Positions 63,241 through 64,000 of a stretch of 64,000 nt of DNA are shown here, one piece after another. Each line of letters opens with the position of its first letter. Position 1 is the first letter of the stretch. Where the stretch lies: assembly GCA_053919585.1 (NCBI GenBank), contig CM132790.1; one strand, written 5' to 3'. This stretch comes from Euprymna scolopes (lineage: Eukaryota). The translations under genes were made by a program, and so were the position numbers. The notes beneath the pieces are model-generated. The model was not told the origin of the DNA. It did no database searches and saw only the letters and a list, made by a program, of their open reading frames with translations.

Positions 63241-64000
63241 CAGGGTGTTTCAAAAGTCTTGGGAACATAAAGATTTTTAATAACTCAAACACTATTAGGA
63301 GTTAAAAAATGAAATTGGTACCGTTGGAAAGGTTAAAGTTTCAAGTTTTGTGGGGAATCTTCAAACTTGCTCAATATGAGCACCATTCGTCACACGGCAG
63401 ACATCTAGTCGATAGTCCATTTCCTGCCAAACGCGTTCCAGCATCTGACGTCAATGGTTCCCACAACTGCCGTTATTCGAGCCTGTCAATATCTCTTGGA
63501 ATAGGCAGCACATAGACTTGCTGCTTGACAAAGCCCCAAAGGAAAAAGTCACACGGGGTAAGATCTGGAGACCTAGGAGGCCAGGGCATGAGAACGTCAT
63601 CACCTCGCCCAGATCTCCCAATCCATCTACCAGGCAGCCTTGTGTTAAGAAACTGCCTTACTCTAAGTCTCCAGTGTGGTGGTGCACCATCTTGTTGAAA
63701 AATGAAGTCATCAGATTCTGCTTCTTCTCACTGAGCCATTAACCAGTCTTCCATCATGTTGAGATAGGATTCACCAGTGATAGTTGCCTCTTCAAAGAAG
63801 AACGGTCCATAGACACCTTTCTTGGAAATTGCACAAAACACGTTCACTTTTGGTGAATCTCGCTCGTGCTCAAGAATTTCATGAGGATTCTCAGTACCCC
63901 ATATGCGAGTGCTATGCTTGTTAACTTTGCCATTCAGATGGAAGGTCGCCTCATCGCTAAAAACAAGCCGGTCATCAAAGCCGTTATCTTCCAACTTCTC
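63241..64000 (-). mobile_element. Mariner-like transposon of the DD41D (rosa/Visitor) type, 3' half; runs off the window
   Basis: FSDEATFHLNGKVNKH..SPKVNVFCA..GPFFF, FQQDGAPPHW..WPPRSPDLTPCDFFLWG, stop at 63361-63363 and TIR TA|CAGGGTGTTTCAAAA. Frameshifts near 63730 and 63480. Confidence 0.92.

Overview
AT-rich invertebrate (metazoan) nuclear DNA with three assembly gaps and many (TA)n/(ATT)n/(TG)n tracts. I see no convincing host gene; the window is essentially decayed transposable elements. LTR elements: two nested Ty3/gypsy elements at the left end, an internally deleted gypsy with both LTRs, PBS, PPT and TSD (49076-51949), and several solo-LTR-like repeats. LINEs: one full-length but disabled CR1/Zenon-like copy without an ORF1 (43797-47446) plus at least six fragments. 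DNA elements: several Tc1/mariner remnants and a small Helitron. Penelope-like elements (PLEs) are abundant, and about a dozen minimal hammerhead-ribozyme motifs (CUGANGA-stem II-GAAAC) lie in their pseudo-LTRs. The most striking case is a tRNA-derived (Pol III A/B box) SINE head fused directly to a hammerhead with an intact core and GUC site (20354-20477, minus), a candidate PLE-mobilised ribozyme-SINE. Also notable: a very young 198-bp inverted pLTR hairpin with a 13-bp TSD (39683-40232), a G-U-supported RNA structure filling the LINE 5' UTR, and inverted 22-bp minisatellite arrays resembling a Foldback element. All calls come from manual translation and alignment; family names below superfamily level are tentative and boundaries of degenerate elements are approximate.
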